15,061 nt of DNA from Octopus sinensis (lineage: Eukaryota): the NCBI RefSeq assembly GCF_006345805.1, contig NW_021825573.1, positions 1 to 15,061 on the forward strand, given 5' to 3'. Position 1 is the first letter of the stretch; each line of letters opens with the position of its first letter. A program made the translations under genes and the position numbers. A model generated the notes under the pieces. It did no database searches and was not told where the DNA came from. It saw only the letters and a program-made list of their open reading frames with translations. Below, piece after piece: positions 9,601 to 15,061 of the stretch.

Positions 9601-9766
9601 CTACATACATACACACATACATACATGCATACATACACACACACACAGAGTCATACATATTTAGATGCGTGTGAGTGTATTTTGTATTCATCCTCCACTT
9701 TTTTTTTCATAGTCGTTGTTGGGTGGGTTTGAAACCCCGAAACCCACCCGTTTAGCAATGGAGAAG

Positions 9767-9875
9767 GATAAACAAAGTAGCAGAGTTAAAAACAAGTACC
9801 GGGGCTGATTTCTTCGGCTAAACTCGTCTGGGCGATGCCCCAGCATGGCCACGGGCCAGTGATCGAAACAAGTAA
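9767..9875 (+). mobile_element. 3' part of a second tRNA-derived SINE family
   Basis: gataaacaaagtagcag resembles gataaaataaagtaccag in the minus-strand copy at 11251-11457. The segment agtaccggggctgattt...gccccagcatggcc...gaaacaagtaa matches a common Octopus SINE 3' end as I recall it. A CA-rich tail follows. Confidence 0.65.
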
Positions 9876-10499
9876 TCGTATACTGTATACACACACGCAC
9901 ATACACACACATTTAAACACACACACATATGTATAGTGATTTATATATGCATAATGTATGTATATATATATAAATGTGTATGTATAGACATCCATACATA
10001 TATGTATCTATGTTTATAAGTATGTATGTATTATGTATACATATTTGTGCATAAATGTGTATGTACGTATGTATATATGTATGTATGTGTGTATGTATGT
10101 ATGTATGTGTTTTATATGCAGAACCTCTTGAAAGTGGCAGGATTTCTTAATAGAATGTTAAAAGATTTCCGATCCAACTTCTTCCTCCTTGACCGAGAAG
10201 AAAAGAAAGAGGGTGAGGGGGCGGAAGAAATGAACTATATACAAGGAAAAAGGAAGGATTGAAGGTATGTGAGTGTATGAGAGAGAGAAGAGAGAGAGAG
10301 AGAGAGTGTGGGTTAGTAAGGAAGTGTGTGTGTGGGGGTGGGGGCGTCCATTCTCTGATTCTCAGCTTCGGAAGCAAACCATGCCAGGCAGCTTAGCCAG
10401 CCCAGGCCTGGGTCAGAACTGACCTGTACTTATAGCCAACACCGTTCTCTCCCACACTGCTGCTACACTTTTCACCATCACAGCCAGAAAACATAGCAA

Positions 10500-10567
10500 C
10501 CGCCGCCACAGCCACCACCACCACCACCACCACCACCACACCACCACCACCACCACCACCACTACCA

Positions 10568-10599
<32 letters not shown>

Positions 10600-10796
10600 C
10601 CATAGATATTGTTTCCGTCACCGTCACCACATCCCCTCCACTTACCCATTGCGACTCTGCTGGCTTTGTCGTTGCCGTCACCACCTCCACTGCCCCCCCC
10701 TCTCTCTCTTCCTATTGTGACACAACCATCACTACTACTATTACTATTATTACCGTCACCACCGCAGACGTACCCCCCCCCTACAACCAACTATAA

Positions 10797-10835
<39 letters not shown>

Positions 10836-10853
10836 GCTGCTACTACTGCTACT
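10500..10853. repeat. (CCA)n/(CTA)n trinucleotide compound repeat
   Basis: ccaccacca run at about 10512-10560 and ctactacta runs at about 10562-10600 and 10799-10853. It accounts for the poly-V/W and poly-L ORFs. Confidence 0.92.
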
Positions 10854-11250
10854 AAACGAAGCTTTGCAAAAGGAAGCAAAATGGAAAAAGGGAGAACAAT
10901 TGCTTTTTCTCTGTCCATTTTTATTTGTCATTCATACATATACATACATGCGCACTCATCGCATACACATACATACATCTACAGTATATCTCTGAACCGC
11001 TCTCTGCAACATACATCACACGCACACACGCACACGCACACAGAGACTGTCATCGTATAATGAGTAAAAAAAAAATACATTCACACCAGGAGTTCCTATT
11101 AATACCTCTTTCTTTTTTACTCACTTTATTCCTTGTGAATTTTTTTACATTATACCACAGCCACACACACACACCACACACAAACGTATTCATAAAAAGA
11201 CCCAAGCGCACTGACTCCCAATAAATTTGTCTTTATAACAAAAACTGCAA

Positions 11251-11457
11251 TATTTCTTTTTTGTTTATTTGTCACAAGGGGCAAACAGTTTTGAGGGGAA
11301 GGAACCTAGTATTGGCCTGGTACTTTATTTTATCGAACCTCAAAGGATGAAAGGCTAAGCTGACCACAGCTGGATTTGAAATCAGTAGGTACAGAACTGG
11401 ATGAAATGCTTTTCTTTTTCCCCCGACCTTCTAACGGCTCTGCCAGTTCGCCGCCTT
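11251..11457 (-). mobile_element. Near full-length tRNA-derived SINE with a conserved central domain
   Basis: The minus strand begins aaggcggcgaac, followed by A-box-like TGGCAGAGCCGTTAG (11445-11431) and degenerate B-box-like GATTTCAAATCC (11383-11372). The central GCCTTTCATCCTTTGAGGTTCGATAAAATAAAGTACCAG (11355-11317) resembles a conserved metazoan SINE domain (Meta/Nin-type, from memory). It ends in an A-rich tract. No target-site duplication is visible. Confidence 0.8.
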
Positions 11458-11696
11458 AGTAGTCGTGGCGATGGCCATGGGGTTGGTTCATTCTTCAAAC
11501 ACACACCTATATCTAAACCGCATTTACAAACATACAAACACATATATAAACACTCAAACACATAATATACTCAAGCACACACACACATATATATATATAT
11601 ATATACACACATACGGACACACATACATATGCAAACGCATTCACAGAATACAAACTAAGCAAGAAGACAGAGAAGTGCAATAAAGGAGACTTTACT

Positions 11697-11877
11697 CGGT
11701 CGTTCGAACTGCTAGAAATAGCAGACAAATGTCAGTTCATATCAGAATACTTTATACAAAAGCAAGACATACTGGATAATGTGAGTGAGCCCTGGTTTAA
11801 AAAAGGTTGGGATGGTCACGGGGTGGAATACTTTTCGTCATATTCAGTGGGGTGTGGCCTGAGGCAAAACAACAAAC
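11697..11877 (+). mobile_element. SINE/retroelement 3' segment, copy A, ending in an (AAC)-type tail
   Basis: In-window similarity to 12004-12248: tgctagaaatagcagacaaat vs tgctggatatagctgcgaaat, gatggtcacggggtggaat vs gatggtcgaggctggaat, and tail aaaacaacaaac vs taaacaataaaac. Confidence 0.6.
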
Positions 11878-12003
11878 TACGAAGACACGCAGAAATGTAC
11901 ACAACACACAATGTTATTCCTAGCTTCGGGACTGGTATTAATGTCACAGCCTCCGATATAACTTGACACCATTTCCCAAAACTGGACACTTGACCGGTAA
12001 GTC

Positions 12004-12248
12004 AAGAAGCAGCAGCCAAAGTCTCCTTCAAATCATACCCTCATACATATTCAAAATAATGTGGTCCTGAGTACAATATGACTACAAGGGCTCTAGTACA
12101 CCTGCTGGATATAGCTGCGAAATTTCCCTCAAATCACTTCTTTCTGTCATATTAAATGAAAGAACACATTGACAAGATGGTCGAGGCTGGAATGGCATTG
12201 ATAAAAGGTCTTCCCCATTCGAAGTTGACTTCGGTTAAACAATAAAAC
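12004..12248 (+). mobile_element. Same repeat family, copy B, with an internal partial duplication
   Basis: It carries the gcagccaaa..ctc..tcaaatca motif twice (about 12012-12034 and 12111-12136), then the gatggtc..ggctggaat block (12176-12193) and an AAC/AAT tail. Confidence 0.55.
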
Positions 12249-12299
12249 TGCGTTGCAAAATGACTCAACGCCTGCATTATTACTGAATTGCGCAGCCGA

Positions 12300-12390
12300 T
12301 TCACACACACACACATATATATATATGCGCGCGCGTGTGTGTGTGTGTCGATATATAGATAGATAAAAAGAGAGAGGCAGATAGATAGAC
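12300..12390. repeat. Compound (CA)/(TA)/(CG)/(TG)/(GATA) microsatellite
   Basis: cacacacacacatatatatatatatgcgcgcgcgtgtgtgtgtg...gatagata read directly. Confidence 0.88.
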
Positions 12391-13334
12391 AAGCAGATCA
12401 CGGTTAAATTTTTTGCGAATCACTACACAGATTCTCGGCCCGATCCTAATAGCGAAGCGTGTCTTGTGTGGACCGAACACGGGTGGAGTGGGTAGCATTT
12501 TATATACGTATTTGCGGTAGTCGGAGAGATTTAAAAAACGAGGCCTGTCGCTTTGGCTCTGGCTACAGGACAGCCAAAACCAATTCTATGTCACTACTCG
12601 ATCCTCTGTGAAAACTGTGCTGAAACTTGTGTATGTATGTATGTGTGCGTGTGTGTGTGGTGTGTGTGTGTGTGTATGAATGCATGCATGTGTACGCGTG
12701 TATTTATGTTTGCCGGTCTAAAATAGTTTTCCATTCTGTGCCAACACGTAAAATAGCAAGTCGAAAACCTGAGATCGAAATAATATACATACAGATTGAA
12801 ATAAATCCTGGGCCCGATGTTATCCATTAGAATTTACTGGAGGCATGGCTCCAGAATGATTCTAGGTCCAGCCATGAGACTGAACCAGGAAAACAAATAT
12901 ATATATATATGTGTGTGTGTGTATGTGTGCTCGCGCGTGCACATAAGAATTGGTTATAATATAAGTTGGTTTGTTAGTGAATGTGGGTGGAAGATTTAGA
13001 AAGCGAAGTAGAAGATTACTATACACACCCCCGACCCCTACACAGTACAAACACAACTTACATGTGGATGTGCCTGCCACGCGGTGGATGAATATTAAAT
13101 AAAATGCATTAGTGTGCCAATACGTTTGTGCGTGTCAGTGCGTGCGTGCGCGTATATGTGTGCGTATGTGTAAATGTATACACACACACACTGAATGGAC
13201 TGTAGTTGTGACAATACGAATGTAAGTAATTGAAATAAAGTGGTTTTTTTTTTTTTAGTTATTCTTATACAAACAATTCTTAGTTATGCTTAAACTGTGG
13301 TCGCGCGCACGCATATATAATGTGGCATGTCCAT

Positions 13335-13503
13335 ATATACATACATACATACATACATACATACATACATACATACATACATACATACATGCTACATACA
13401 TACACACATACATACATACATACATACATACATACATACATACGTACGTACATACATACATACATACATACGTACATACATACATTCATATATACATACA
13501 TAC
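13335..13503. repeat. (TACA)n / (CATA)n tetranucleotide microsatellite
   Basis: About 170 bp of taca units with tacg and catt variants; the reverse-complement class of the array at 1308-1660. Confidence 0.97.
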
Positions 13504-13639
13504 AAACCACATGTAATATGTGTGTGTTTGTACAGGTATATATATATATATATGTGTGTGCGTGTGTTTGTATACGTGCATGACCATATGGATCCACCCA
13601 TTTGTATTATATATGTGTTTATATACTTATGTGTTGGTG

Positions 13640-13676
<37 letters not shown>

Positions 13677-14122
13677 ATGTTTATGTATGTATACACACAC
13701 ATTTATATGCGTGTGTGTATGTTGGGGGGGGGGGGCGTTCAGCCCAAAGTGGCTTTCACCATAGAATTAGAATTCATTTATTTGTGATGCGAGTATTATC
13801 ATAAGACAAGCTTTCATTTTTGATTGCTCTCTAATAAAAGTAAATTTCTTTTGACCAGAAAACGAATGGCAATAGCCATCACCCTTTTATTGACCAGGGT
13901 TCCCAATATGGCGGAAGAAAGTGAGGACATTATTACCGAGCGAATGTTCTGGCCCAGATGTTATAACCGGATGAACTTCACTAACGGTAGCCCACGACCT
14001 GCTGGTGGTGTTCAAGCGGGTGGTGTATAAAAACCTTGACACACAAGAACTCATTATATAAAGAACCGGACGAAATAATGCAAGGTAATTTGTCCGGCAG
14101 TCGAACAATTCCGCACACTCAC

Positions 14123-14197
14123 CACCATTCACAACTGTTTCATGGTTTATTTCATTGACGTTGAAAAGTTGAACGGCGAAGGTGACTTCATCGAGAT
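14123..14197 (-). CDS. Candidate 75-nt internal coding exon (phase 1-1), peptide xLDEVTFAVQLFNVNEINHETVVNG, product unknown
   Basis: Minus-strand acceptor ggctttttttgctctaaattcag|A and donor GTG|GTGAGT. The length is a multiple of 3 and only one of the three frames is open. It lies in a unique island of about 44% GC by hand count over 13861-14220. I do not recognise the peptide. Confidence 0.4.
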
Positions 14198-14509
14198 CTG
14201 AATTTAGAGCAAAAAAAGCCGGAACAAATAACGCAACTCATTTCATACACAGCATGATTACTTTGCCATTTCGCCGCATAAAATGTGCACAATACATATA
14301 GACACGGCAGAGCTTGGGTTCTGGAGAAAGGAAAAAAAAAAAAGCAAAGCCTTAATTCTTGCTCTACAAACGATCATGATATCTAGGACTTTAAAAATCC
14401 GCAAGACCTTAAGCTTTAAAGGTTGATGAACAAAACAAGATGCTTAGGCCAACCTTGCTGCCAATTATGTGGCCTGTTAAGATTTATTCTAAATTAAAAG
14501 GAGAAAAGG

Positions 14510-15061
14510 ATACAAATATATACATACATATATGTTCATATATGAAACACAAACACACATACGCACACACATTTTGCGTACGTGTGTGTATATATATAAT
14601 ATATATATATAATATATTTACTTTTTGTTTTTACGGTTATACCTATATATATATAATATTATATTATATACAATTTCCATTTTATATTATGTGTGTGTGT
14701 ATATATGAATAATATTATATACGATTTCCATTTTATATTATGTATATATATATATATATATATAATATATATATATATATATCTATATACACACATAATA
14801 TACAATAGAAATCGTCATATGCATTGCGTTTCTATGTGGTTATGTATGCGTATATATGTATATGCATACACATGTGTGAGTGTACATCATATATATACAA
14901 TACACGCATGCGCACGCACACACACATACATATATAGATATAATACGTACGATATGCGTATAATTATCGATAACATGTTAAAGTATTACATGTGAATATG
15001 CTTATATGTGCATTCATACGTTAGTTGCACATATATGCATAGGTTTTACAATTATATATAT
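14510..15061. repeat. TA/CA/TATG low-complexity field running to the window end
   Basis: Continuous tata/caca/tatg sequence with short interruptions. Confidence 0.85.

Noticed and set aside
12844-12876. Small hairpin catggct...agccatg considered as a pre-miRNA
   Set aside because: Only 33 nt with a 7-bp outer stem and bulges, far short of a pre-miRNA stem.
106-14995. Most ORFs in the supplied track (YIHT, MYVC, YLSI, poly-V/T/L/W and YI repeats)
   Set aside because: They are translations of (TATG)n, (GATA)n, (TA)n, (TG)n and trinucleotide arrays that lack stops by construction; they carry no domain signal.
1-15061. CRISPR array, tRNA/rRNA genes, telomeric array, transposase or reverse-transcriptase ORF
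   Set aside because: There is no repeat-spacer periodicity with unique spacers, no complete cloverleaf (only degenerate SINE A/B boxes), only isolated TTAGGG hexamers, and no recognisable RT, DDE or endonuclease motifs.

Overview
Eukaryotic, AT-rich, mostly non-coding DNA, roughly half of it simple-sequence repeats ((TA)n, (CA/TG)n, (TATG)n, (GATA)n, (GA)n, (GGT/GTA)n, (CAT)n). The repeat density and the SINE motifs match what I recall of Octopus (coleoid cephalopod) genomes; this is an inference, not a database result. It reads as intron or intergenic sequence. Nearly all ORFs in the supplied track are translations of microsatellites. I can support five degenerate SINE-like copies clustered at 9.46-12.25 kb and many repeat arrays. 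I found no recognisable complete gene, tRNA, rRNA, CRISPR array or transposase. The best coding candidate is a 75-nt symmetric minus-strand exon (14197-14123) in a CpG-retaining unique island. It may chain in frame with a 12-nt microexon and a 42-nt exon, and it may alternatively read through to a stop that overlaps AATAAA. I do not see a convincing new biological system; the findings are hypotheses, and several could be chance matches.
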